A stretch of DNA of 23,419 bases, taken from Promethearchaeota archaeon. Its GTDB lineage: Archaea; Asgardarchaeota; Lokiarchaeia; Sigyniarchaeales; SOKP01. Shown here piece after piece: positions 7,546 through 17,037 of this stretch (position 1 is its first letter; every line of letters begins with the position of its first letter). Under the pieces are notes generated by a model that did no database searches, was not told the DNA's origin, and saw only the letters and a list, made by a program, of their open reading frames with translations. The stretch lies in the NCBI GenBank assembly GCA_048940645.1, contig JBHLOI010000052.1, forward strand, positions 1-23,419. Direction: 5' to 3'. Position numbers and translations under genes: made by a program.

Positions 7546-10032
7546 TTAAGATAATCGTGTTTCAATAGTAGCTTTATTTTCAAATTCAATGGTTAGCTCC
7601 CAAATATTTTCCTTTTTGTTAATAATATGAAAATTAGAATTGCAATCAATAATTTGCTTTCCAGATGGGAGTTTTAAATATAAGCTTCCTTTTCTTTGTC
7701 CAATTAACGCAATTTCAATTAAAAGTATTTTCTCTTTATTATTAAATTCATACTTTTTGATTTCATGGCATCCTTGGGAGATATGGAAAGAAGTAGAAAG
7801 TAAAATTGGATTAAAAAGGAGTTCACTATCAATAGGAATAATAGATATGAATTTACAAGAATGAGGAGGTATGTTAGCGAATTCAATTTCTTGATTTTCT
7901 TTATATTTGCCTAAGAGAATTCCATCCCAAAATTCATAAATCAAAAATTCTTTTTGATTAGGCTTATTTGTGAATATTATATTATTAATTTTTAACTTTC
8001 TATTAACGAAATTGTCATCCCAGTTTATTATTGCTACCAAAAATCGTTTTCCAATGGGTTCATCTGTTTCTAACATATAAATTGTTGGTAATTTTGAAAT
8101 AAATGCATCAACCACTACTGGATAGTAATTTTTTGGATTATATGGAGGAATAAGTAATTTAGCATCGTTTATTTCTTCATCTGATAATTTTGTCATATCA
8201 TCGGATATTAGAATTTGACCTCCAGACAATCCCATTATTGTTAATTGTAATTTTATTTCATCTATTGTTAATTCTGTATCGGTTCTTCTTATCATCAAAC
8301 AATCAGGGTCATTTATCCAAAAATTTCTATGCATAAATGACCTGTAGATAATATTTAGTAAGGACACTTTTAATGCGGGTGTATGAATCCCAGATTCTAT
8401 AAGTTGCATATTTGTCTCTTCCCATCTTGGATCAGTATCCTCTCCAATACGCATCGCATCAACTAAACCAACACATGGTCCTAAGGGGGCCCCACATCCT
8501 AGTAAAAAACTATGGCCCGTAATTGCATTTCTTATTGTTTTAACTCCATTATATAAAATTTGCGCTCTTGTAAGATCTTGGTTTGAAAAATCACCCTCAA
8601 TAGGAACTGCAGCATGTAAAAAATCTATTTTAAAGAACTCAATTTTATAATTATCAGATTTTTGGTCTAATTTATTGGCATATAGAAGACTTCTATAAAA
8701 ATTATTTAAATAATCTAAAACTTCATTATTTGAGAGATCTAACCCATATAAGTGGACATTCCAACTAAGTCCATAATGTACTTTAAGCAATTTCTTTGAA
8801 TTTTTATCTTTTAAAAACCAATCACGATGTTGCTTGAATAAGTTAGCTCTTCTTTCAGCAAAAAATGGTGCTGTCCAAATTCCACTTTTAAGACCAGATT
8901 CGTTAATTTTATTAAATAAATATGGTAAGCCGTTTGAAAATTTTGAATTAACGACGTTGAAATCACCTATATAAGTAAAGTATCCATCATCTAATTGGAA
9001 AAAATCAATAGGGATCATATGCTTATTTTTTTTGAAGAATTCTAAGTTCTTGATTATACTTGCTTCTGATATATCTGTAAAATAATAATACCAGCTACAC
9101 CATCCAATTGGAATTGTTTCATTTTGATTAGCATTAATGGTCTTCTTAATTATTTTTGCATAATCAATTAGACCATAATAACCATGATTTTCACTCTTAA
9201 AACAAATAAATAATTCCTCTGAAAAATTAATGGATGTGCTCCTAAAATGAATGCCATCCATGCACCCAAAAGCGGTAAGTAATTTAATTTCAATATTTCT
9301 ATCATAATCCAATATAATTCTTGAAAATTGATCTTTTAGAGTGAGAAAACCCATGATTAAAGAGCTATTTGATTCTATATCAGTTATAGCTGTACAATAT
9401 TCGCTATAAAATCTACCTTTAATTTCATAATCTTGATTATCAAATACGCGTTTATAAATTTCAGATTTAGGACCTTCATGATCTTTCTCATTACCGAATA
9501 AAATTGTACAGGGACTCCAACTTTGCCAACCATGTTTAAACCAAGAGATCTTATTTAATTTTGTTGCATTAAAGGTTCCAGATAACCATAAATTACTATT
9601 TTTAATAGTCAAAGGGGATATGCTGTGAACTCTTTCTTGAAATTTTTCATTATTGATAATATCAGTAATTTTTATCAAAATGAATTTTTGATTTCGATAG
9701 ATTTTAAATTGTATATTAAATTGGATTTTTAAACTTTTAGGGTTAATAGGAGTCAGGATTATCTTATTTCCATCCCCAATTTGATCTTTAACCTCCTCAA
9801 CCTTAGAATTAAAATTAATACCTTTAGAGCAGTATTCGTTAATGGGATTTGATTTTCCACTTAGAAAATTTATAGCACAATAAGCATCTTTCAGAAAATA
9901 TTTTTTACCATTTTCTTCATTGTGGAAAATCTCATAGGTTCCAGCATACTTTCCAATCTTATAAAAAGTTAGAGAAATAACACCATTGTTAATATTAATA
10001 AAATTTGTATTATTATTAACTAAAATTGACAT
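7546..10032 (-). CDS. Alpha-galactosidase, glycoside hydrolase family 36
   Basis: GH36/clan D motifs HGWQSWS, IGWCSWYYYF, FQLDDGY, GIWTAPF, FFKIDFL (nucleophile Asp), LGCGAPLG, MRIGEDT (acid/base Asp) and WINDPDCL. ATG10032 is preferred over TTG10053, but the start is uncertain. No signal peptide seen. Confidence 0.88.
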   Translation of the reverse strand: MSILVNNNTNFININNGVISLTFYKIGKYAGTYEIFHNEENGKKYFLKDAYCAINFLSGKSNPINEYCSKGINFNSKVEEVKDQIGDGNKIILTPINPKSLKIQFNIQFKIYRNQKFILIKITDIINNEKFQERVHSISPLTIKNSNLWLSGTFNATKLNKISWFKHGWQSWSPCTILFGNEKDHEGPKSEIYKRVFDNQDYEIKGRFYSEYCTAITDIESNSSLIMGFLTLKDQFSRIILDYDRNIEIKLLTAFGCMDGIHFRSTSINFSEELFICFKSENHGYYGLIDYAKIIKKTINANQNETIPIGWCSWYYYFTDISEASIIKNLEFFKKNKHMIPIDFFQLDDGYFTYIGDFNVVNSKFSNGLPYLFNKINESGLKSGIWTAPFFAERRANLFKQHRDWFLKDKNSKKLLKVHYGLSWNVHLYGLDLSNNEVLDYLNNFYRSLLYANKLDQKSDNYKIEFFKIDFLHAAVPIEGDFSNQDLTRAQILYNGVKTIRNAITGHSFLLGCGAPLGPCVGLVDAMRIGEDTDPRWEETNMQLIESGIHTPALKVSLLNIIYRSFMHRNFWINDPDCLMIRRTDTELTIDEIKLQLTIMGLSGGQILISDDMTKLSDEEINDAKLLIPPYNPKNYYPVVVDAFISKLPTIYMLETDEPIGKRFLVAIINWDDNFVNRKLKINNIIFTNKPNQKEFLIYEFWDGILLGKYKENQEIEFANIPPHSCKFISIIPIDSELLFNPILLSTSFHISQGCHEIKKYEFNNKEKILLIEIALIGQRKGSLYLKLPSGKQIIDCNSNFHIINKKENIWELTIEFENKATIETRLS

Positions 10033-10082
10033 GAATTTTCTCTCTAAGACCAATTTAGATTAAATTAACATCTGATTTCTGT

Positions 10083-11261
10083 TTATTTAAACTTCCTTCC
10101 CGGAATGTGATTAATTACATCTTTTACAGAAGCTTTTAATTTATTAAAAGGTCGTAAATTACCAGCAAAGGGTGTATCTATTCCATAATATAAATAGGGC
10201 TCAACTTTCTTCTCAACTAACTCAATCTTCTTTAAGTTTCCCTCAGATAAAAATGATAGAAAATAGTCATGATCATACTTTTTAAACGTTAAAAATCGGT
10301 AGTTTTGAAAACCTAACTTCACTGCTATCCATCTAGGGTAAGAACCAGTATTACCTAATGTATTAGCAGCGATAGCTTCAATCTTTGCTGTTAATAAAGA
10401 TTCTTTCATTTCAATTTCTTCAGCGTGATTATCAAATTCTCCAGGCACCTCCACATTTAGATTCCCTTCTTCATCTAAAAGGAGCGATATTACCCCTATC
10501 GACATTGAAGATAATCCTAAATAATCAACTCTAATCCAATCTTCTACATAAGGAATCTCTTGATCTGTGAATACTTCTTGTAAACTTAGATATTCATTTA
10601 ACATGAATTTGATAAGCCCCTTGAATTTATGGTTAATATTACTTTTTTCAAGTTTAGGTAAATTATCTACATCCTTTCCACGAATTAATTCAGAATAATA
10701 TTTTGCCATTTGTTCAAGAATCCATTTACCTTTTTTATCAGGAAAATTTCCATACACAATATAGATAATATTATCCTTAACATAGAATTGACATTTTTCT
10801 TCACTTTTTTTATCAGCAGTAAGAAGCATTTTATCTAATACCCCACCCAGAATACTTGTTGCAATGTAATCTAAGTTATTTGTCAATTCTAAAAGATATT
10901 TATATCGATGATTATTATTAAATAACGGAGTTCTTTCTACAGAGGTGATACCTAAAAATTTAACGTATTCCTCTTCATTTTTTAAATAAATAATCTCATC
11001 TTCAACTGAAAATGATTCTGCTTTTGTTTTAACTTTAATTTTTCCTTGAAATTTTGAACTAAGAGTTGAAGTTTTAGTCTTAAACTGTTTGGGCTCCTTT
11101 TTTCCTTCTACTTCTGAATTATTTACATATTTATATAACTCAGGAAGAAATTTCCTACATTTAGGGCAGAGTTGATCCTTAGGATAAGGTTTTACAATAG
11201 TATATCCACAATATTGACATTGTAATCCATCTGCTTTAAAGTGAAATATTGGGTTAGGGAT
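10083..11261 (-). CDS. Zn-ribbon + tandem longin/roadblock-like domain protein (~392 aa; probable non-canonical ATC start)
   Basis: The frame of the 267-aa ORF stays open upstream to TGA at 11268-11270. This adds IPNPIFHFKADGLQCQYCGYTIVKPYPKDQLCPKCRKFLPELY...EEYVKFLGITSVERTPLFNNNHRYKYLLE, which contains no ATG/GTG/TTG. SD-like GAGTTGA (11274-11268) lies 6 nt before ATC11261. The longin-like call is inferred from the strand/helix pattern. Confidence 0.65.
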   Translation of the reverse strand: MPNPIFHFKADGLQCQYCGYTIVKPYPKDQLCPKCRKFLPELYKYVNNSEVEGKKEPKQFKTKTSTLSSKFQGKIKVKTKAESFSVEDEIIYLKNEEEYVKFLGITSVERTPLFNNNHRYKYLLELTNNLDYIATSILGGVLDKMLLTADKKSEEKCQFYVKDNIIYIVYGNFPDKKGKWILEQMAKYYSELIRGKDVDNLPKLEKSNINHKFKGLIKFMLNEYLSLQEVFTDQEIPYVEDWIRVDYLGLSSMSIGVISLLLDEEGNLNVEVPGEFDNHAEEIEMKESLLTAKIEAIAANTLGNTGSYPRWIAVKLGFQNYRFLTFKKYDHDYFLSFLSEGNLKKIELVEKKVEPYLYYGIDTPFAGNLRPFNKLKASVKDVINHIPGRKFK

Positions 11262-11363
11262 TTTTAATCAACTCTGTTAAGAGTAGTAGATTAGTGATAA
11301 AAATACTATTTTGATAATAAATATTTTGATCAGTCAAATTATAAAATTTTCTCTTGAATAAGA

Positions 11364-12455
11364 TTATAAGTATTTGCTTGTAATTCCATCAAAAGCAGTA
11401 AGAAATTTGTTATTCTGTTCTTCTGTCCCTATGGTTAACCTAATGTAATTATATAATCCAGGTTGACTAAAGTGGCGTACTAGGATCTTCATATCCTTCA
11501 AATCCCATAAAAATTTAAGGGTGGTTGATTTATCGTCAAATTTTATAAATATAAAATTAGCATCTGAAGGAGCTACACTTATACCATTATATTTATTCAG
11601 TTCCTCGGTCAATCTCTTTCTTTCTGAAATAATTTCTTTATTTTGTTCAAAAATTTTTCTTCTATATTTTATGCATAACAGTGCTGTGATTTGCGCGATA
11701 TAACTTGTATTATACGGTAATTTAACTTTATTCATCTCTTTAATTATTATTGGGTCAGCTAACGCATAACCCATTCTCATTGAAGCTACAGAAAATGTTT
11801 TGGAGAAGGTTCTACAAACTATTAAATTTTTTATAGTTTTTAATAATGATAAACATGTAAAATCTGAGAAATCAGCATAAGCTTCATCTACAACTACAAT
11901 TCCAGAAAAATGTTCACACAAATTTGTAATAATTGAATTTTGAAATGATTTACCATTTGGATTATTTGGTGAATTAATAAACATTAATTTTCCTTTTACA
12001 TTAAAACTTGAATCTGGTATACTAAAATCATCATTTAATTTAATTTCGTTTATTTTGGCATCATAAAGATTAGCTAATACTTTATAAATCCCATAAGTGG
12101 GATAAAATACTACAACTTCATCTCCAGGATTTATAAAAACCTTAAATATAATATCAAAAATCTCATCTGAACCATTACCAATGAAAATACTATTTCTATT
12201 TGTAAGAGTATCTTTATCTCTTAAAAGCTGGTTAAGAACAGCTTTTCTTACTTCAAGTGCAAGAGAATCAGGATACTTTCTTAGCACTTCACCATTTCCA
12301 ATAGCATCTTTTATATCTTCCACAATTTCAGGAACAGGAGGGTATGGATTTTCGTTAGTATTTAATAAAATCCATCCATCTTCAGGGGCTTGTTCTCCCG
12401 GTTCGTAAGGATTATATTTCTTAAGACTATTTTTAAATAAATCTGCTATATCCAT
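11364..12455 (-). CDS. hisC: Histidinol-phosphate aminotransferase (class II PLP aminotransferase)
   Basis: Motifs LNTNENPY, YPD, GNGSDE, SPNNPNG, VVDEAY, RTFSK (PLP lysine), RMGY, SDANFI and RLTIGT. It lies next to a hisD remnant. Confidence 0.9.
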   Translation of the reverse strand: MDIADLFKNSLKKYNPYEPGEQAPEDGWILLNTNENPYPPVPEIVEDIKDAIGNGEVLRKYPDSLALEVRKAVLNQLLRDKDTLTNRNSIFIGNGSDEIFDIIFKVFINPGDEVVVFYPTYGIYKVLANLYDAKINEIKLNDDFSIPDSSFNVKGKLMFINSPNNPNGKSFQNSIITNLCEHFSGIVVVDEAYADFSDFTCLSLLKTIKNLIVCRTFSKTFSVASMRMGYALADPIIIKEMNKVKLPYNTSYIAQITALLCIKYRRKIFEQNKEIISERKRLTEELNKYNGISVAPSDANFIFIKFDDKSTTLKFLWDLKDMKILVRHFSQPGLYNYIRLTIGTEEQNNKFLTAFDGITSKYL

Positions 12456-12540
12456 AATTTATAACCTAGTTCGATTATATAAATATCTGAATAATGCTTT
12501 AATCAGGTAATTTAATAAATATGTTATTTCTTTATATATT

Positions 12541-12756
12541 TTAATTTTTTTCTTTTAATCTTTCTTCAATAGATTTTTTATCTGCTTAAAAGCCTTCAAA
12601 TTGAGCAATTCTAATTGCTGTTTTATATAAGATTTTCAATCCCTCTTTAGTAGATCTTAATACATCAAATATATTTAAAAAGGGATAAATATTCAACCCA
12701 GAATAGCTTTTTGCATTTCCACAAGTAGAAAGGATATGATTCGTCCCAGCAGAATA
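12541..12756 (-). pseudogene. hisD: Histidinol dehydrogenase C-terminal remnant
   Basis: Manual translation gives YSAGTNHILSTCGNAKSYSGLNIYPFLNIFDVLRSTKEGLKILYKTAIRIAQFEGF*ADKKSIEERLKEKN*. This matches the HisD C-terminus (GDYxAGTNHxLPTxGxAxxxSGL...F...EGLxAHxxSxxxR). There is an internal TAA at 12586-12588 and a TGA in place of the Asp before Y. The 5' ~350 codons are absent. Confidence 0.85.
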
Positions 12757-12893
12757 TCATTAGATATTAATTAATATGATAAATGTGTTTATTATCTTAA
12801 ATCAATAAATCATTTTTGAAAACTCAATTTTTAAATTTCCTAAAAATATTAAACTTATAATACTAATTATAATCATTTTATGTGGAGTTAAAA

Positions 12894-13751
12894 ATGGATT
12901 TCGCACTAATGTTTGAAGTGCTAGAAGGTGGTGTAAGTGAACCTATTAAATGGAATATCGATAATCTTTCACCAGATAAAAATATAATAATTCTTGATGA
13001 AGGATCCTCTTCTTTGTATTTGTGGCACGGATCAAGACAGGGATTGGTAGCTAGAAGAACTGCTCTTAGACAGGCTGAATCCTTAAAAGGTCATGGATAT
13101 GTAGCAGGAAAGAGCATAATTGGTAGAGATATAAAACTTTTAAAAGAAGTAGATCAAAGGAAGATTGGAAGAGACCCTGAAACCACAAAATTAAATGAAG
13201 AACTTCAAAATATATTAAATAGAGAATATAAGGATTTGGATAATTTTATCATCACTTTTGATATTGAAGGAGCTAAGCAAGTTCCTATTAAAGCTGTTTC
13301 GAAACCAGAACCCAAACCTACCCCAGTAATACCTAAACCCGCGCCGGTTCCAGAAGTTAAAGCTGAAGCTACTCCAGTTATTAAGCAGGAAGCAACAGTT
13401 GTAGCCCCACCTGCTATAAAGCATGCTTCTGAATATAATGCTACACCAGAAGCATCTCTAAAAACTGAAACAGCACCTAAAGAAGATATCACACCAGTAA
13501 AGAAACTAGATCTTGACATTCAAGCAAAAATAGGATTCGTTTTAATAGCTATAACTGAATTCTTTAACGACATCTGGGTATCTAAAAAGGATGATGGTAA
13601 TTTTTCAGTAGAACACATGGATGGGAAAGTATGTGAATTTTCAATATCCGAAGGAAAAATAAAATTCACGTCAGACTCATTTTCTGGAATCTCTACTAAT
13701 ATTAAGACTGAAATTCAAAAGAAGTTTGTAGAGCTTTCAAAATTATTATAA
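12894..13751 (+). CDS. Single gelsolin-like domain + Pro/Ala/Lys/Glu-rich linker + unknown C-terminal domain
   Basis: NLSPDKNIIILDEGSSSLYLWHGSRQGLVARRTALRQAESL fits the gelsolin repeat pattern (LxxxDxhILDxGxxhYhWxGxxxxxxExxxAxxxAxxh). Linker KPEPKPTPVIPKPAPVPEVK. GGAG at 12884-12887 favours ATG12894 as the start. Confidence 0.7.
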   Translation: MDFALMFEVLEGGVSEPIKWNIDNLSPDKNIIILDEGSSSLYLWHGSRQGLVARRTALRQAESLKGHGYVAGKSIIGRDIKLLKEVDQRKIGRDPETTKLNEELQNILNREYKDLDNFIITFDIEGAKQVPIKAVSKPEPKPTPVIPKPAPVPEVKAEATPVIKQEATVVAPPAIKHASEYNATPEASLKTETAPKEDITPVKKLDLDIQAKIGFVLIAITEFFNDIWVSKKDDGNFSVEHMDGKVCEFSISEGKIKFTSDSFSGISTNIKTEIQKKFVELSKLL

Positions 13752-13753
13752 TC

Positions 13754-13773
13754 TTTTTTTTCTAAATTTTTTT
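13754..13773 (+). terminator. Oligo-T terminator tract
   Basis: Two T7 runs immediately after the stop at 13751. Confidence 0.45.
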
Positions 13774-13867
13774 TGATATTGTTATTTAAATTTATAATGA
13801 TATTTATTAAATAATAATAGAGTAACTTTTCTTAATTTCTAATCGAAAAATACTTATAGAGAATCTT

Positions 13868-15625
13868 ATGCTATTCAAAAAGCTAGCAGATTTATTTTCT
13901 AAGCTAGAGAGCACATCAAAAAGACTTGAAATGATTGATATTCTATCAAATTTTTTTCTAGACATTAAAAATACAAATAATTTTTCTGATTTAGATAAAA
14001 TCGTTTATTTACTGCAAGGCCAACTAGTTTCCAACATTAAGCAATTTCCTAAATTAGGACTTGCTGAAAAGATGATCATTGAGGCTTTATCGCTCCATTC
14101 AGGCATTAATGGAAAAGAAATAAAAAATATCTTATTAAAAGAAGGAGATATAGGTGCTACAGCAGAATTAATTCTTTCTAAGAAGAAAAAACAAAAGTCT
14201 TTATTTGATTTTGATAAGCATTTGGAAGCCTCAGAATCATCTTTAGAGATATCTGAATTATATTCTGCGCTACAAAAAATAGCTACAACTGAAGGTTCTG
14301 GTTCTCAAGATATCAAATTAGGAATTTTGCGTAGTTTGATGAGAAAATGTTCTCCTATTGAAACAAAATATCTATTAAGAATAATAACATCGACCTTAAG
14401 GGTGGGAGTATCAACTTTAACAATTATTGATGGTTTAGCACAAGGATTTATTGGCGATAAAAAAGCAAGAGATTTCATTGAGAAGGCTTACAATCAACAT
14501 CCTGATTTGGGAGACGTCACTTTAATTTTAGCGAGAGATGGAATAGAAGAAGTAAAAAAAATTAAGATCTCTTACGGTACACCTGTTCGAAATATGCTTG
14601 CATCTCGAGTTTCTTATTCAGAAATTATTGATAAGTTAGGAAAACCTTGTATTGCTGAATATAAATTAGATGGTGAAAGATTACAAATTCACAAAATGGG
14701 AGAGAAGATATTGCTATTTTCTAGAAGATTGCTTGAAATTTCTGAGCAGTATCCTGATGTTTGTCAAGTTATTAGGGATAAAATTAAAGTAAAAAGAGTT
14801 ATTCTTGAAGGAGAAGTAGTAGCAATGGATCATTTTTATGAAAAAATGCTTCCATTCCAAGTGTTAAGTAGAAGGCGAAGAAAGTATGATATTGAAGACA
14901 TTTCTAAAGAAATACCTGTAAGTTTATTTTTATTTGACTTATTAATGATTGGGGATGAATCATACATAGATAAAACCTATCCTGAACGTAGGAAAAAGCT
15001 TGAAGAAATTGTAGAACAGAAAGATGAAATACGCCTAGTTGATTCAAAAGAAATTAAATCCACAGAAGAGATGTTGGACTTCTTTAATGAAGCAAGGAAT
15101 GCAGGAACCGAGGGTATAATTGTCAAATCCATAAAAGATGACTCATTTTATCAAGCAGGAAATCGTGGTTTTCTCTGGATAAAGCTAAAAGGACTTGAAG
15201 GTGGAAAGTTAGCTGATACGGTTGACGTGGTACTAGTAGGAGCATTTTATGGAAGAGGCCGTAGAAAGGGATGGTATGGAACCTATATTGGAGCAGTCTA
15301 TGATCCTTTAAATGATAAATTTGAAGCTTTTACTCGTATAGCATCAGGTTGGACTGATGAAATAATGGAAATATTAAAGAATGAGGTGAAGAAGTATGAA
15401 GTTGAGAAAAAACCGAGTGATGTTATATGTGATGATAAACCAGATCAGTGGTTAATACCAGAAATTGTTATTGAAATATTTGGTGATGAAATTACTGTTA
15501 GCGATAAATTTTCTTCTTTAGGGTATTCTATGAGATTTCCTGTATTTCAAAGAATTCGTCCAGAAAAGGGTCCAAAAGATATAACAACTGTTGATGAAAT
15601 AACACGCTTATATGAAACTCAATAA
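13868..15625 (+). CDS. lig: ATP-dependent DNA ligase, archaeal type
   Basis: Motif I EYKLDGERLQIH, plus LFSRRL, ILEGEVV, FLFDLL, EGIIVK, YQAGNRGFLWIKLK, DTVDVVLVGAFYGRGRR and RFPVFQRIRPEK. N-terminal DNA-binding domain present. Confidence 0.96.
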   Translation: MLFKKLADLFSKLESTSKRLEMIDILSNFFLDIKNTNNFSDLDKIVYLLQGQLVSNIKQFPKLGLAEKMIIEALSLHSGINGKEIKNILLKEGDIGATAELILSKKKKQKSLFDFDKHLEASESSLEISELYSALQKIATTEGSGSQDIKLGILRSLMRKCSPIETKYLLRIITSTLRVGVSTLTIIDGLAQGFIGDKKARDFIEKAYNQHPDLGDVTLILARDGIEEVKKIKISYGTPVRNMLASRVSYSEIIDKLGKPCIAEYKLDGERLQIHKMGEKILLFSRRLLEISEQYPDVCQVIRDKIKVKRVILEGEVVAMDHFYEKMLPFQVLSRRRRKYDIEDISKEIPVSLFLFDLLMIGDESYIDKTYPERRKKLEEIVEQKDEIRLVDSKEIKSTEEMLDFFNEARNAGTEGIIVKSIKDDSFYQAGNRGFLWIKLKGLEGGKLADTVDVVLVGAFYGRGRRKGWYGTYIGAVYDPLNDKFEAFTRIASGWTDEIMEILKNEVKKYEVEKKPSDVICDDKPDQWLIPEIVIEIFGDEITVSDKFSSLGYSMRFPVFQRIRPEKGPKDITTVDEITRLYETQ

Positions 15626-15628
15626 ACA

Positions 15629-17011
15629 TTAAATATAAATAACTAAACCATTTTCTTCTAACTTTTTTAAACCTGCTGGTATTTCTTTCAATTTATTATC
15701 GGTTAAATATAATTCTCTTAAAGATGTAAGAGAAAGTAATGATTCTGGGAGATGTTCGATATTATTTCTAGACAAATTTAAATATTTTAAGCTATTAAGC
15801 AATCCAATTGTTTTTGGAATTTTCGATAATTTATTATCACTCAAATTCATCATTTCCAGCTTTTTTAATTTACCAATTGTTTCTGGAATATAACTTATTT
15901 CATTTCTTTCAAGATCAAGAATTTTTAACTTAGAAAGGGAACTAAGTGAATTTGGGATGGTTTGGAATAGATTCCAACTTAAATTCAATTTTTCTAAAGA
16001 AACAAGTCCTGAAATCGAATTCGGTAGGTTATATAATTTATTATCATGAAGATTTAATTCATTAAGATGCTTTAAATTACCAATATTAAGAGGTAATTCT
16101 TTTAATTGATTTAACCTTAAATTTAAAACCTTTAAAGCTTTTAAATTACATATCGAATCGGGAAGTACCACAAGATCATTTTTCCATAAAGTTAACTGTT
16201 TTAAATGGGAAAATAAACCAATATTTTCAGGTAATTGATTTATAGTATTTACATTTAAATTAATACTCTCTAAATATTTCAATTTAGTAATCCATTCAGG
16301 TATACGTGTAATTTGATTGTACCTTAAGCTTAAAATTTTAAGAGAATCCAGATTTTGAATTGCTTCAGGAACTTTTATTAGACCCTTAAACTGAAAATCT
16401 AATTGAATAACTTTACAATTTTCTATAGTATAATTTAAACGCCATATCGTTTTTCTCAAATATGTTATCGTAAAATAATTTAGTAAAATTAAAGATAATT
16501 CATAATTAGTTATGCTATTAAATTCTCTCTTTTCTATTATATGCTCAAAGCCAATTTTAAATTCGCTATCATGCATTTGTTTTAATTCATGAATTAAAAA
16601 AAGCTTGGAGAGCCGATTATCTATTTTTCCTAGATTTTTCACTATTTTAAGAAGCGTTTGAAAGATTGTTTTTAGGCAGAGAGGAGAAAGTTCATGCTGA
16701 AGTGCCCATTTCATAGGATTCAAGGAATCTTCTAAAAATTTGTCCCCTAAGATTTTTGCTGCAGTATTTCTTATTTTCTCATTAGAATCAGAGAGCATTA
16801 AATTTTCGAATAATTTGAATATTTTTTTCTTAGAAATTCCTTTATTCTCGAAATTTTCCCCAATTTTTGCCAAAATTTGAATACTGTTAAATCTAATTGG
16901 AATACTATTACTGTTTTCTATTAGGACAATTAAGCGATTAATTGCTGATGATTTATCTATCCTCTTATCAAGTAGATCTTCATAAATCTTATTTGGGTCT
17001 AAATCTATCAT
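15629..17011 (-). CDS. HEAT-like N-terminal module + ~10-11 LRRs of 23 aa
   Basis: Shared N-terminal module, then regular LxxLxxLxLxxNxLxxLPxxIxx repeats and a C-cap LEENGLVIYI. Confidence 0.9.
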   Translation of the reverse strand: MIDLDPNKIYEDLLDKRIDKSSAINRLIVLIENSNSIPIRFNSIQILAKIGENFENKGISKKKIFKLFENLMLSDSNEKIRNTAAKILGDKFLEDSLNPMKWALQHELSPLCLKTIFQTLLKIVKNLGKIDNRLSKLFLIHELKQMHDSEFKIGFEHIIEKREFNSITNYELSLILLNYFTITYLRKTIWRLNYTIENCKVIQLDFQFKGLIKVPEAIQNLDSLKILSLRYNQITRIPEWITKLKYLESINLNVNTINQLPENIGLFSHLKQLTLWKNDLVVLPDSICNLKALKVLNLRLNQLKELPLNIGNLKHLNELNLHDNKLYNLPNSISGLVSLEKLNLSWNLFQTIPNSLSSLSKLKILDLERNEISYIPETIGKLKKLEMMNLSDNKLSKIPKTIGLLNSLKYLNLSRNNIEHLPESLLSLTSLRELYLTDNKLKEIPAGLKKLEENGLVIYI

Positions 17012-17037
17012 TTTACTTCATAATTTTTTAACAATTA

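Noticed and set aside
11268-11270. Selenocysteine read-through of the TGA upstream of the Zn-ribbon extension
   Set aside because: An in-frame TAA lies three codons further upstream (11277-11279) with no start codon between. The TGA is better explained as part of the SD-like GAGTTGA.
12456-12881. ncRNA or riboswitch in the long hisC upstream gap
   Set aside because: Half the gap is explained by the hisD remnant, and the rest is AT-rich with no convincing stems.
15625-15629. Convergent lig and LRR stops only 3 bp apart as an antisense control device
   Set aside because: Tight convergent packing is common in compact archaeal genomes, and there is no further evidence.
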